64,000 nt of DNA, from the NCBI GenBank assembly GCA_963804645.1, contig CAWDRG010000013.1:23982-87981 (forward strand). Direction: 5' to 3'. Below are positions 48,018 through 57,750 of this stretch, one piece after another (positions within the stretch are counted from its first letter, which is position 1; every line of letters starts with the position of its first letter). A model generated the notes under the pieces. That model did no database searches, was not told the DNA's origin, and saw only the letters and a program-made list of their open reading frames with translations. The DNA comes from an uncultured Bacillota bacterium (lineage in GTDB: Bacteria > Sysuimicrobiota > Sysuimicrobiia > Sysuimicrobiales > Segetimicrobiaceae). A program made the position numbers and the translations under genes.

Positions 48018-49317
48018 GCTCCTTGGCCTTCGCAGACCACGCCGAGCCGCCCTGCTGCGGCGACGTCCGCCCGGCGAGCATGTCCTGCAGCACGCCGTTC
48101 GCGTACGCTTCCCATTCCGAATACCACACCGCCTGGAACGGCACGACGGCGCTCATCGGCACGGCGCTTTCGAGATTGGCCTCGACCTGGGATGGATCCG
48201 CGCCCCACGACCGCAGTGAGTCGTCCACGACCGGGTCGCGCGCCACGCCGCCGTAGCCCCACGTGAGCGCGCCCGAGACGACCCATGCCTTGGGGGTGAC
48301 GAAGCTGCCCTTGTAGGTCCCGCCCATGTACTGCATAAACCGCCACGCCTCGGCCTTGTGCGCGCTCGCGGAGTTCATCGCGTACAGGCGCGCGAACCCC
48401 GCGGTCTTGTGCAGCGCCGGGGTGGGGGCGAGCTTCGTGACGCCGGCGACCTTCGACTTGGTCTTGTCGTTCGCCCACTGCGGGCCGGCGAAAAAGCTGG
48501 TCGTCAGCATCGTGGCGTAGTCACCGCTCATGAACGCCGCGGCCGACGTGTTCGGGTCGAGTTCGAGCCCGCTCGGATCCGACAACCCCTCCTTGTACGT
48601 CGAGGCCCACCACGCGATCGACTCGATCGCGATCGGGGTGATGTTGTAGCTGTCGTCCAGGACCCGGCCGCCGCGGGAGGCGGCCATCGTGTTGACGACC
48701 CACATCCCGCCCCACCCGGCGATCTTGACCGGCCACAGCATCGGGGCCTGGCTGAGGCCCTTGCTCTTGATGGCGCGCGCCTGCTGCGTCCACTCGTCGT
48801 ACGTCTTCGGCGGTGCCGCGAAGCCGGCCGCCTTCAACATCCGGTCGTTGTAGATCAGCGCGAAGTAGCTCGAGAAGTACGGCAGCCCGTACAACCGCCC
48901 CTGGAAGGTCATCGAGCGCGACGCGAGATTCAGCATCTGCTGCTTCAGCGCGGCGGCGCCGTCGTAGCCGTCGAGCGGCTGCAGCCACGGGGCCCACTGG
49001 GCCAGAATGCCGTCGGCGACGTACAGCACGTCGAACGGCGTCTTCGAATTCTGCATCAGCTGGATCTTGGGCACGTACTCGTTCCCGGGAATCACCTGCA
49101 TGTCGACCTTGATATCGGGGTTGTCGGCCTGAAACTGGTTGATGAACTGCTGCACGGTGTCGTTCTGGTAGTTCCACGTCATGAACGTGAGCTGGGTCGG
49201 CTCCGCGGCGGCGAACACCCGGCCCCCCAACGCCGCGGTCGCGCCGGCGGCCGCGGCCGCCACACCGAACTGCTTCAACGCCGCACGTCGGGTCAGTCGC
49301 ATGGTCATGGGCTCCAT
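47998..49317 (-). CDS. carbohydrate ABC substrate-binding protein with Tat signal
   Basis: LTRRAALK, NPDIKV, GRLYGLPY, PPKTYDEW. Confidence 0.88.
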   Translation of the reverse strand: MEPMTMRLTRRAALKQFGVAAAAAGATAALGGRVFAAAEPTQLTFMTWNYQNDTVQQFINQFQADNPDIKVDMQVIPGNEYVPKIQLMQNSKTPFDVLYVADGILAQWAPWLQPLDGYDGAAALKQQMLNLASRSMTFQGRLYGLPYFSSYFALIYNDRMLKAAGFAAPPKTYDEWTQQARAIKSKGLSQAPMLWPVKIAGWGGMWVVNTMAASRGGRVLDDSYNITPIAIESIAWWASTYKEGLSDPSGLELDPNTSAAAFMSGDYATMLTTSFFAGPQWANDKTKSKVAGVTKLAPTPALHKTAGFARLYAMNSASAHKAEAWRFMQYMGGTYKGSFVTPKAWVVSGALTWGYGGVARDPVVDDSLRSWGADPSQVEANLESAVPMSAVVPFQAVWYSEWEAYANGVLQDMLAGRTSPQQGGSAWSAKAKELAARYR

Positions 49318-49453
49318 CCCTCCGTTGTCCGCATATGGCTCGTAGGCGCGTCCGCGCGCGTTCGTGCCTGGGGTAGCGTACTCTTCGGGGCGACCGGTGC
49401 GGCTCCTTCCCGGCCGCAACTGGCGGGACCGGACGACACCGCCCGCGTGACGG

Positions 49454-50863
49454 TCAGGCGTCGGGCGGCCAGGCCGCGGCCCACGGCGCGGCCGCCTCAA
49501 ACGAGGCGGCGGCGCGAAGGACGAGGGCGTCGGCGAAGCGCGGCCCGACAATCTGCAGCCCGGCGGGCAGCCCGTCCGCGGTCCGCCCGCACGGCACGGT
49601 CGCCGCCGGGCACCCGGCCAAGCTCAGCGGGAACGTGAACGCGAGCCAGCCGAGCGCCGACACGTCGCGGCCGGCGATCCGCGTAACCTGGTCCACCCCG
49701 ATCGGCGGGGGCGGCGCGGCCAGCGTGGGCGTCAGCAGCAGATCGACTCGGGTGAAGAGATCCCGGAGCGCGTCCCCGACGATCCGGCGCTGGTGGGCGG
49801 CGCGGACGAACTCCACGGCGCGGCGGGACCGTCCCGCGCGCACCCACGGCACGAACGACGGGTCGAGATCGTCGAGCGGGTCATCGTCGGCGAAGCGCGC
49901 GGCCGCGGTGACGCCGCCGAGCGTCGCGAACGCGTCCTCGGGCGACGCGAACCCGGGATGGCCGTCCTCGATCCGGCAGCCGAACTCTTCGAACCGCGCG
50001 GCGGCGCGGCGCGCCAGATCGCGCACCTCCGGATCGACCGCCGCGTACCCCCAGTCCCCGGACCAGCAGACGCGCAGGCCGGTCGCCGGTGGACCGGCCA
50101 GCGGATCGGCCAGGGTCCCGTCGTCCGGCAGCGAGCCGATGTCGCGTCCGTCCGGTCCGGCCATGACGCGCAGCATCAGCGCCGCGTCGGCGACGGTGCG
50201 GGCGATCGGCCCGATGTGGCTCGTCGTCTCGAGCCCGCCGAAGACGGGCGCGGCCGCGACGCGTCCCAGCGTGGGCTTCATCCCAAACACACCGCAGCAG
50301 CTGGCCGGCGCCCGGATGGAGCCCCCGCTGTCGGTGCCCACCGCGAGCGGGGCGAGCCCCGCGGCCACGGCGGCCGCGGCGCCGCCGCTCGATCCCCCGG
50401 CCGTCCGCGACAGGTCCCACGGGTTTCGCGTCGGGCCGAAGACACGATTGTCGGTCACGGCTTTGTGCCCGAACTCCGGGGTGTTGGTCTTCCCGAGCAC
50501 AACCGCCCCGGCCGCCCGCAGCCGCTCCACCACCGGGGCGTCCACCGTGGGGATGAAGTCGCGATAGCGCGCCGATCCGAAGGTGGTCCGGATCCCGGCC
50601 GTCGGAATGAGGTCCTTAATGGAGACCGGGACCCCGTGCAGCGGACCGAGGACGTCGCCCCGCGCGACCGCGGCGTCCGCCTCCGCGGCCGCGGCGCGCG
50701 CGGACTCGGCCGCGACCGTGCAGTACGCGTTGAGCCGCGGGTTGCACCGCTCGACCCGGTGCAGCACGGCCTCGATGAGATCGGCGGACGAGAGCATCCC
50801 CGCCCGAATCGCGGACGCCGCCTCGACCGCGGTCAGGCGACACAGCGCGTCCGGCGGCGTCAC
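49454..50863 (-). CDS. amidase signature family enzyme
   Basis: GPLHGVPVSIKD, GKTNTPEFG, GGSSGG, GTDSGGSIR. Confidence 0.93.
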   Translation of the reverse strand: MTPPDALCRLTAVEAASAIRAGMLSSADLIEAVLHRVERCNPRLNAYCTVAAESARAAAAEADAAVARGDVLGPLHGVPVSIKDLIPTAGIRTTFGSARYRDFIPTVDAPVVERLRAAGAVVLGKTNTPEFGHKAVTDNRVFGPTRNPWDLSRTAGGSSGGAAAAVAAGLAPLAVGTDSGGSIRAPASCCGVFGMKPTLGRVAAAPVFGGLETTSHIGPIARTVADAALMLRVMAGPDGRDIGSLPDDGTLADPLAGPPATGLRVCWSGDWGYAAVDPEVRDLARRAAARFEEFGCRIEDGHPGFASPEDAFATLGGVTAAARFADDDPLDDLDPSFVPWVRAGRSRRAVEFVRAAHQRRIVGDALRDLFTRVDLLLTPTLAAPPPPIGVDQVTRIAGRDVSALGWLAFTFPLSLAGCPAATVPCGRTADGLPAGLQIVGPRFADALVLRAAASFEAAAPWAAAWPPDA

Positions 50864-50937
50864 GCTACCGAGTCCGTCCGGCGTGCGGGGGGAGCGGTGC
50901 GGCCGGGGCGCGCCTCACGCGGGGCGCCCCGCCGCGC

Positions 50938-52362
50938 TCACAGATCCACCGGCGGCCGGTCGAGGTCGCGCACCGGCGAGACGTAGGGACGGTCGGCGGT
51001 CAGGCGCCGGTGCTCGTCCTGCGCCCGCGCGAGGAGCGCCGGGTCCCGCATCAGCTCGCACGCCGCGGCCGCCAGCACCTGCGCCGCGAACAGCATGCCG
51101 CGGCGCCCGATCGGGCTCCCGACCGAGGCGCAGTTCTGCCAGGAGTGTCCCGGCATCCCGACGGGGGCGGTGACGATCCGGACCTCCCCGGTCGGCACCA
51201 CGTACGAGACGTCGCCCACGTCGGTCGAGCCGCCGGCCGGTTCGTCGTACGCGTTGTTCGGCAGGATCGACTCGATCAGCGTCGCCCGGGGATCGCCCGG
51301 CTGGCCGAGGTCGGTGCCGCGCCGGCGCAGCTCGTCCAGCGCCTTGCGGAGCGTCCCGTCGGCAAACGTGGCCTGCAGCGCGCGGGCCCACGCGTGCTCC
51401 TCGCTCGTGAACGTCGGCGCGCCGAGCGACTCCATCGTCGCGTGCAGCAGGTCGTCGACCGTGCGGCACTGCAGCGTGTCGTAGCAGCCCGCGACGAGCC
51501 GGACCTCATGGGTGGTGCCGGTCATCAGACACGCGCCCCGCGCGATGTCGAGCAGCCGCGCGTAGATCTCTTCCACCTGGGCACGCCGGGGGGCGCGCAC
51601 GTAGTACCAGACCTCGGCGCGCGGCGGCACCACGTTCGGCGCCAGGCCGCCGTCCGTGATCACGTAGTGAATGCGCGTGGAACTCGGGACGTGCTCGCGC
51701 AGGAAATTGGCGCCCACGTTCATGAGCTCGACCGCGTCGAGCGCACTGCGCCCGTGCTCGGGAGTGGCCGCGTGGGCCGGGATGCCGTGGAAGGTGAACC
51801 GCGCCGAGTTCAGGGCGGTGTGCGGTTCGGCCATGACGCGGTTGACCGGTCCCGGATGCCACGTGAGCGCGCAGTCGACGTCCCGGAAGAGGCCGGCCTT
51901 CACCATGAAGACCTTCCCGACGACCGTCTCCTCCGCCGGGCATCCGTAGAACCGGACGGTCCCGCGCACCTCCCCCCGCCGGATCGCGTCCCGCACCGCC
52001 ATCGCGGCGCCCGCGGCGGCGGTCCCGAGCAGGTTGTGACCGCAGCCGTGTCCCGGCCCGTTCACCACGATCGGACGCGGCTCCACGGTCCCGCGCGTCT
52101 GGCTCAAGCCCGGGAGCGCGTCAAACTCTCCGAGCAGCGCGATCACGGGCGCCCCCGCCCCGAAGCTGGCCACGAACGCGGTGGGCATCCCGGCCACCCC
52201 GCGCTCGACCGCGAACCCGTCGGCTTCGAGCGCGGCGGCGAGGGTCTCGCTACTGCGTGTCTCGTGCAGGCCTAACTCCGGCGTCTCCCAGATGCGGTCG
52301 CTAAGATCCGTCAGCGTCCGCGCGTGCTCCGTCACGAACTCGACCATCGAGTGCAGCGGCAT
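50938..52362 (-). CDS. M20 amidohydrolase (AbgB-like)
   Basis: EFDALPGLSQ, GHGCGHN, PAEE, WHP, GSTDVGDVS. Confidence 0.9.
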   Translation of the reverse strand: MPLHSMVEFVTEHARTLTDLSDRIWETPELGLHETRSSETLAAALEADGFAVERGVAGMPTAFVASFGAGAPVIALLGEFDALPGLSQTRGTVEPRPIVVNGPGHGCGHNLLGTAAAGAAMAVRDAIRRGEVRGTVRFYGCPAEETVVGKVFMVKAGLFRDVDCALTWHPGPVNRVMAEPHTALNSARFTFHGIPAHAATPEHGRSALDAVELMNVGANFLREHVPSSTRIHYVITDGGLAPNVVPPRAEVWYYVRAPRRAQVEEIYARLLDIARGACLMTGTTHEVRLVAGCYDTLQCRTVDDLLHATMESLGAPTFTSEEHAWARALQATFADGTLRKALDELRRRGTDLGQPGDPRATLIESILPNNAYDEPAGGSTDVGDVSYVVPTGEVRIVTAPVGMPGHSWQNCASVGSPIGRRGMLFAAQVLAAAACELMRDPALLARAQDEHRRLTADRPYVSPVRDLDRPPVDL

Positions 52363-52495
52363 CCGTCGGCCTCCTCCGCGCGCGTGCGGCGCGCCACGCG
52401 ACTAGCATTATTCGCGGCGCGGCGGCGCTCCTGGTCGACGCACCGCCCGACGCGCGAGGAACCGTCCGCCGGGCACCGAACCGTGTCCCGAGCCG

Positions 52496-53254
52496 ATGTC
52501 GACGCCGCCGGGAGACGCGGGCATGTCCACCCGACCGCCGGTTTCGATCGATCTCTTCGACGCCCTGCGCGGGCGCCGCGTCCTGGTGCGCCCGTTTCGG
52601 GCGGCGGACGCGCCCGCCGTGTGGGCGGCGATCGAGGAGTCGCGCGAGCATCTCGCCAAGTGGATGCCGTGGGTCCAGCACCTCTGGTCCCTCGCCGATG
52701 AGCGCGCCGCGCTGGCCGGCGTGCGGGCGCGATGGCGCACTCGTGAAGACCTGACCGTGGGCATCTTCGACCGCCGCACCGGGGCCCTGCTCGGAGGCAC
52801 CGGCCTGCACCGCATCAACTGGGCGCTGCGGGTCTTCGAGATCGGCTACTGGATTCGACGGACCGCGGAAGGCTCGGGCTACGTCACCGAAGCGGTCGCA
52901 CTGCTCGTGCGGTATGCCTTCGACCGCCTGGGCGCGCACCGGGTCGAGATCCGCATGGACCCGCGCAATGTCCGCAGCCGCCGCGTGCCCGAGCGCCTCG
53001 GCTTCGTCTTCGAGGGGATCCTGCGCCGCTCCGCCCCCGATGTCCACGGCGCGCCGTCGGATCGGTGCATCTTCGCGCTGATTCGGGAGGACTACCTGCG
53101 GCTTGCGTGGGCGGGCGGCCGCCGGTCGGCCGCACCGGGCGTGTCGGCTACACGGGCACCCGCGCGGCGCGGCCGTGCAGCACCCACGACCCGGACTCGA
53201 CGATCTCCACCGGCATCGTCCGGCCGATCAGCTCGGCGCCGCCCTCGAACGTGA
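52496..53254 (+). CDS. GNAT acetyltransferase, RimJ/RimL type
   Basis: SREHLAKWMPW, EIGYW, GYVTEAV, NVRSRRVPERLGF. Confidence 0.88.
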   Translation: MSTPPGDAGMSTRPPVSIDLFDALRGRRVLVRPFRAADAPAVWAAIEESREHLAKWMPWVQHLWSLADERAALAGVRARWRTREDLTVGIFDRRTGALLGGTGLHRINWALRVFEIGYWIRRTAEGSGYVTEAVALLVRYAFDRLGAHRVEIRMDPRNVRSRRVPERLGFVFEGILRRSAPDVHGAPSDRCIFALIREDYLRLAWAGGRRSAAPGVSATRAPARRGRAAPTTRTRRSPPASSGRSARRRPRT

Positions 53255-54491
53255 CGATCTTGTTCGTGCGCGTGCGCCCGAGCACGCCGCCCTTGCGGCC
53301 CAACTGCTCGACGAGCACCTCCTGGGTCCCGCCGACGAGCGTCCGGTTGATCTCCGCGGCAATGCGCTCCTGCAGCTGATTCAGCGCGAACAGCCGCCGG
53401 CGCTTCGCCTCATCGGACACCTGGTCCACGTAGCCGGCGGCGGGAGTGCCCTCGCGGGGCGAGTACATCGCGGTGTTGCAGGCGTCGAAGCGCACCTGCT
53501 CGACGAGGCCCAGCGTCCCCTCGAACTCGGCCTCCGTCTCCCCGGGAAACCCCACGATCAGATCCGTGGTAATACTGGCCCGCGGCATCGCCGCGCGGAT
53601 CGTGTCGATGGTGGCCCGGTACTGCGCCGTGGTGTAGGCGCGGTGCATCCGACGCAGGAGGCCGTCGTCGCCGGCCTGCACCGGCAGGTGGATATGCTCG
53701 CAGGCCTTCGGCAGCGCGGCCACCGCGTCGATCAGGCGCTGGCTCATGTCGCGCGGGTGGCTCGTCGTGAACCGGATGCGCTCGATCCCATCGACGTCGT
53801 GGACGCGCTCCAGCAGGTGCGCCAGGTCGACGCGGGGGACGAGATCGTGGCCGTAGCTGTCCACGTTCTGTCCGAGGAGCGTGACCTCACGGAATCCCTC
53901 GGCGGCGAGCGCGCGGACCTCTGTGACGACGTCGTCCGGCGGCACGCTCCGCTCGCGCCCGCGGACGTACGGCACGATGCAGAACGTGCAGAACTTGTTG
54001 CAGCCGTGGATGATGTTGACGAACCCGCGGACCGTCCCGGTCCGCACCGCCGGCAGCATCGGGAGCGGCTGCGCCTTGTCGGACCGCTCCCAGACGTCGT
54101 ACGCCGGCTGGCACCCGTCCTGCGCCTGGCGGAGCAGCTCCGGCAGGCGGTGGATGTTGTGCACGCCAAACACCACGTCGATCCACGGGGCCCGCTTCAG
54201 CACGCGCTCGCGGTCCTTCTGCACGAGGCAGCCCGCCATCCCGAGAATCAGCCCGGGCCGCTCGCGCTTGAGCTGCCGCAGCTCCCCCATCCGTCCGTAC
54301 GCCTTGTCGTCCGCGCCCTCCCGCACGGTACACGTGTTCAGGAGGATCACGTCGGCATCCGAGGGGTCGTCCGCGGGCTCGTACCCGAGGCCGGAAAGCA
54401 GCCCGGCCATCGCCTGAGAGTCCCGGACGTTCATCTGGCAGCCCTGCGTGATGATGTGATAGCGCTTCCGCGTCGCGTCCATCTCGCCCAC
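53148..54491 (-). CDS. miaB: tRNA-2-methylthio-N6-dimethylallyladenosine synthase
   Basis: GCQMN, NTC.VR, GCNKFCTFCIVPY.RG.ERS, GQNVDSYG, TRAM domain. Confidence 0.97.
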   Translation of the reverse strand: MGEMDATRKRYHIITQGCQMNVRDSQAMAGLLSGLGYEPADDPSDADVILLNTCTVREGADDKAYGRMGELRQLKRERPGLILGMAGCLVQKDRERVLKRAPWIDVVFGVHNIHRLPELLRQAQDGCQPAYDVWERSDKAQPLPMLPAVRTGTVRGFVNIIHGCNKFCTFCIVPYVRGRERSVPPDDVVTEVRALAAEGFREVTLLGQNVDSYGHDLVPRVDLAHLLERVHDVDGIERIRFTTSHPRDMSQRLIDAVAALPKACEHIHLPVQAGDDGLLRRMHRAYTTAQYRATIDTIRAAMPRASITTDLIVGFPGETEAEFEGTLGLVEQVRFDACNTAMYSPREGTPAAGYVDQVSDEAKRRRLFALNQLQERIAAEINRTLVGGTQEVLVEQLGRKGGVLGRTRTNKIVTFEGGAELIGRTMPVEIVESGSWVLHGRAARVPV

Positions 54492-54614
54492 CTTAGCGTC
54501 CCGGCGGTCTCCGGAATCTCACCGGAGCGTACCATACCGGCCGGAACTCCGCACCGCCCCCGGCGCGGACGCGCGGGACGGCCGTGCGGGCCGGCCGCGT
54601 CGGGCGGCGACCGC

Positions 54615-55112
54615 TCAGAGGTTGAAGTCCACGAGCGCCGTCACGCCCACCCCGTACACGCGGTGGATCTTGCCGGGCAGCGGGGTGAGGCTGTTGACGG
54701 GGATGAGGGCCTTCAGCGTCACGACGTTCTGGATCGATCCCGTGACCTGGGCGACCGCCTGCACCTGGTCGAGATCCGCTTTCGGGCCCTGGACCTGCGC
54801 CGCGCCGATCGTGCCGCCGCCGGATCCCCCGATGGTCACCGCGACGCCCACGATCGGCACCACCTTGGTGAGCTCCTTGTTCGCGGCGCCGCTGTTGAGC
54901 ATCAGCGTGTTGATGGCACTGTTGATCTGCGGGCCGAACGTCTTCACGACGTAGCCGATGCCGAACAGCTTGATCGCCGCCCCGATGGTATTCCCGCCGA
55001 TCGAGGGCAGCGACGGCAGCGAGATCTGCGCGAGCGCGGGCGACGCCCCCGCCCCGGCCAGAAACGCGATCACGATCAGCGCCGCGACGCGGCGCTTGCA
55101 TGCACGGTCCAT
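54615..55112 (-). CDS. hypothetical exported protein
   Basis: ALA-Q signal peptide; FGPQINSAIN, TKVVPIV, GAAQVQGP; ATG after GGAGG. Confidence 0.7.
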   Translation of the reverse strand: MDRACKRRVAALIVIAFLAGAGASPALAQISLPSLPSIGGNTIGAAIKLFGIGYVVKTFGPQINSAINTLMLNSGAANKELTKVVPIVGVAVTIGGSGGGTIGAAQVQGPKADLDQVQAVAQVTGSIQNVVTLKALIPVNSLTPLPGKIHRVYGVGVTALVDFNL

Positions 55113-55214
55113 GACGGCCTCCCCTCCCCGGCGTCTCGGTGACGCCGGGGACGGTCAGGTAGTTCGCGCGTCTGGACGGCTCCCCTCCCGCGGCCCGTGC
55201 CGCACGCCGGTGGG

Positions 55215-56561
55215 CTACCGGACGGACGCGGCGGACGGCGCCGGGTCGGCGCCGGTGATGTCCTCCAGGGCGCGGCCCGCGGTCTCCTGCCCGAACACGA
55301 GGATGATGACGATCCCCCCGATGAGCGCCGCCACGCACGCGGACATCGCCACGGCCCGGCCGCTCGACCACTGGTGGATCAGGATCCCGAGCGCCGCCGG
55401 CGACAGGATGCCGGCCGTGCGCCCGGCGGCCGAGGCCCAGCCGGTCGCGGTCGCGCGAATCCGCGTCGGGTACAGCTCGGCCGCGTACGCCAAGATCACC
55501 GGCCACGCCCCGAGGACGCCGCCCGCGAGCCCGATCCCGCCGAGCACGAGACCGAGCTCGCTGCGCGCCACGCCGAGCACGGCCGCGCCGAGCGCGCCGA
55601 GCGCGAGCGCGCCGACGAACACCGGCTTCCGCCCCACGCGGTCGAGCAGCAGCGTGGCGGCCAGCGTCGGCACGATCATCGCGCACGAGATGAGGAGCGA
55701 CACCCAGTCCGCGTTCGGAAACCCCTGCGCGGCCAGCATCGCGGGCAGGAAGACCACCGGCCCGTTGTAGGCGCCGATCATCACCCACCACACGACCCAC
55801 AGGAGCAGCGTCCCCCGGCGGAACCGCGGGCTCCACAGCTCCCGGAGATGCGCGGCCACCGAGACGTGCACGGCGCGCTCCTGCGCCGGCAGATCGATCC
55901 GGGCGCCGAACCGCTCCCACAGCTGGCGCGCGAGGGCCTCGGCCTCCGCCCGCCGGCCGTGCGCGAGCAGGAACCGCGGAGACTCGGGCACGAGCCACGG
56001 GACGATCACGGCGAGCGCAAGCGGCAGCGCGCCGACCGCGAACACCAGGCGCCAGTCCACCCCGTGCGCGGCCACGGCGCCGAGCGCCGCGACGATCCAG
56101 CCGAGGATCCAGATGATCTGCGTCCAGCCCATCAGCGCGCCGCGGATCTCGCGCGGCGCGAACTCGCCGACCATGCTGCCCGCGACGGGGGCCACCCCGC
56201 CGAACCCGATCCCGGCGACGAACATCAGCCCCACAAGCCACGCGAGCCCGGGGACCAGCGCGGCCCCGCCCATCGCGACGGCGCTCAGCGCGACCGTCGC
56301 CGCGTAGCCCGCGCGCCGGCCCATCCAGTCGGCCGCGTGCCCCATCGCCACGCCCCCGAGCAGCTGGCCCGCGCCGTGGACGGCGACGATCAGGCCCGCC
56401 TGCCACGGCGCCAGCCCCCACGATGTCCGGAGTCCCGGCAGCGCGAAACTGAGCACCCCGAGGTTGAGGCCGTTGCTCGCGAACGCCAGCCCGGCGAGCA
56501 CCGTCACCCGCCACGCGAGCGCCCGCGACTCCGTCGGCGGGGGGGCGGCCGAGGGGTTCAT
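55215..56561 (-). CDS. MFS transporter (aromatic acid/sugar-porter type)
   Basis: ADWMGRR, EFAP..RG, PESPRFL, DRVGRK, ELYPTRIR. Confidence 0.9.
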   Translation of the reverse strand: MNPSAAPPPTESRALAWRVTVLAGLAFASNGLNLGVLSFALPGLRTSWGLAPWQAGLIVAVHGAGQLLGGVAMGHAADWMGRRAGYAATVALSAVAMGGAALVPGLAWLVGLMFVAGIGFGGVAPVAGSMVGEFAPREIRGALMGWTQIIWILGWIVAALGAVAAHGVDWRLVFAVGALPLALAVIVPWLVPESPRFLLAHGRRAEAEALARQLWERFGARIDLPAQERAVHVSVAAHLRELWSPRFRRGTLLLWVVWWVMIGAYNGPVVFLPAMLAAQGFPNADWVSLLISCAMIVPTLAATLLLDRVGRKPVFVGALALGALGAAVLGVARSELGLVLGGIGLAGGVLGAWPVILAYAAELYPTRIRATATGWASAAGRTAGILSPAALGILIHQWSSGRAVAMSACVAALIGGIVIILVFGQETAGRALEDITGADPAPSAASVR

Positions 56562-57721
56562 GCGAGCGCGCCGGCCGCCCGGTCGAACCGGGCCGCGGAG
56601 AGGAATCCGATCGGGTGCGCCGTGCGGCCCGAGGCGGCGAGGTCGGCGAGAATCTCGCCGATCACCGTCGCGAACTTGAACCCGTGCCCGCTGAACCCGA
56701 CCGCGTAGACGAGACGGGGATGGACGGAGCTGCGGTCGATGACGAAGTGACCGTCGGGCGTCATCGTGTAGAGGCACGTCTCCGCGGCGAGCACCGGGCC
56801 GTCGAGCGCCGGAGCGAAGCGCCGCACGAGGCGCCGGACCGCGTCGACTTCCTCGGGCGCCACGTCGCGCCGGGCGGTCTCCGGGGTGCACGGACCGCTG
56901 TGCGCTCCCGTCTCGTGGATCGCCACCTTGAACCCCGGGCCCGCCGCCTGCGGGATGCCGTAGAGGTTGGTGCCGTCGAGCCACGCGATGAACAGCGGGC
57001 ATCGATCCGCCGCGATCGCGGCGGCCTGCTGGGGGGTCGCGGCTCCCAAATAGCAGACCGCCTGCCGGATGGCCTGGACCGGAAGGTCGAGGGACGCGAG
57101 GAGCGACGGCGCCCACGGCCCGGGCGTCGCGATCAGCGTGTCGGCCTCGTACCGTCCCCGGGCCGTCTCCACCACGGCGTGCGTCCCGTCGGCCCACCAC
57201 GCGCGAACCGGTTCCTCAAACCGCAGGTCGGCTCCGGACGCGGCGGCCGCCCGCTGCATCGCCTGTACGCACCGCTCCGGAAACAGGATGCCGGCCTGTG
57301 GTTCCCACAGCCCGACCAGGCCGTCGGGCAGCGCAAACGCGGGAAATCGGGCGCGCACGTCCTGGCAAGACAGCAGCTCGTACGGCAGGCCGTGCATCTG
57401 CGCGCTGCGCACCGCTCCCGCCACGACGCGGGCGTCTGCCGGGCCGATCATCAGCCCGCCGGTCGGCAGCCGCAGCCGGTCGCCCGACGCGCGCTCGAGC
57501 TCGTCCCACAGCGTGTACGCCCGCTCGAGCAGCGGCACGTAGGCGGGGTCCTCGAAGTACGCCTTGCGGATGATCCGGGTGTGTCCGTGCGAGGAACCGA
57601 GCAGGTGCCCGGGGGGATGTGCGTCGAGCCCCAGGACACGCCTCCCCCGGCCGGCCAGGCGCCACGCCGCGGCGCTGCCCATGACCCCGAGCCCGATCAC
57701 GATCTCGTCGTAGGCGGCGAT
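56558..57721 (-). CDS. solA: monomeric sarcosine/N-methyl-L-tryptophan oxidase (apparent ATC start)
   Basis: YDEIVIGLGVMGS, GSSHGHTRIIR, CLYTMTPD, FSGHGFKF. Confidence 0.88.
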   Translation of the reverse strand: MAAYDEIVIGLGVMGSAAAWRLAGRGRRVLGLDAHPPGHLLGSSHGHTRIIRKAYFEDPAYVPLLERAYTLWDELERASGDRLRLPTGGLMIGPADARVVAGAVRSAQMHGLPYELLSCQDVRARFPAFALPDGLVGLWEPQAGILFPERCVQAMQRAAAASGADLRFEEPVRAWWADGTHAVVETARGRYEADTLIATPGPWAPSLLASLDLPVQAIRQAVCYLGAATPQQAAAIAADRCPLFIAWLDGTNLYGIPQAAGPGFKVAIHETGAHSGPCTPETARRDVAPEEVDAVRRLVRRFAPALDGPVLAAETCLYTMTPDGHFVIDRSSVHPRLVYAVGFSGHGFKFATVIGEILADLAASGRTAHPIGFLSAARFDRAAGALA

Positions 57722-57750
57722 GCGTCTGCCCTCCGGGTGTGATCGGCTAG

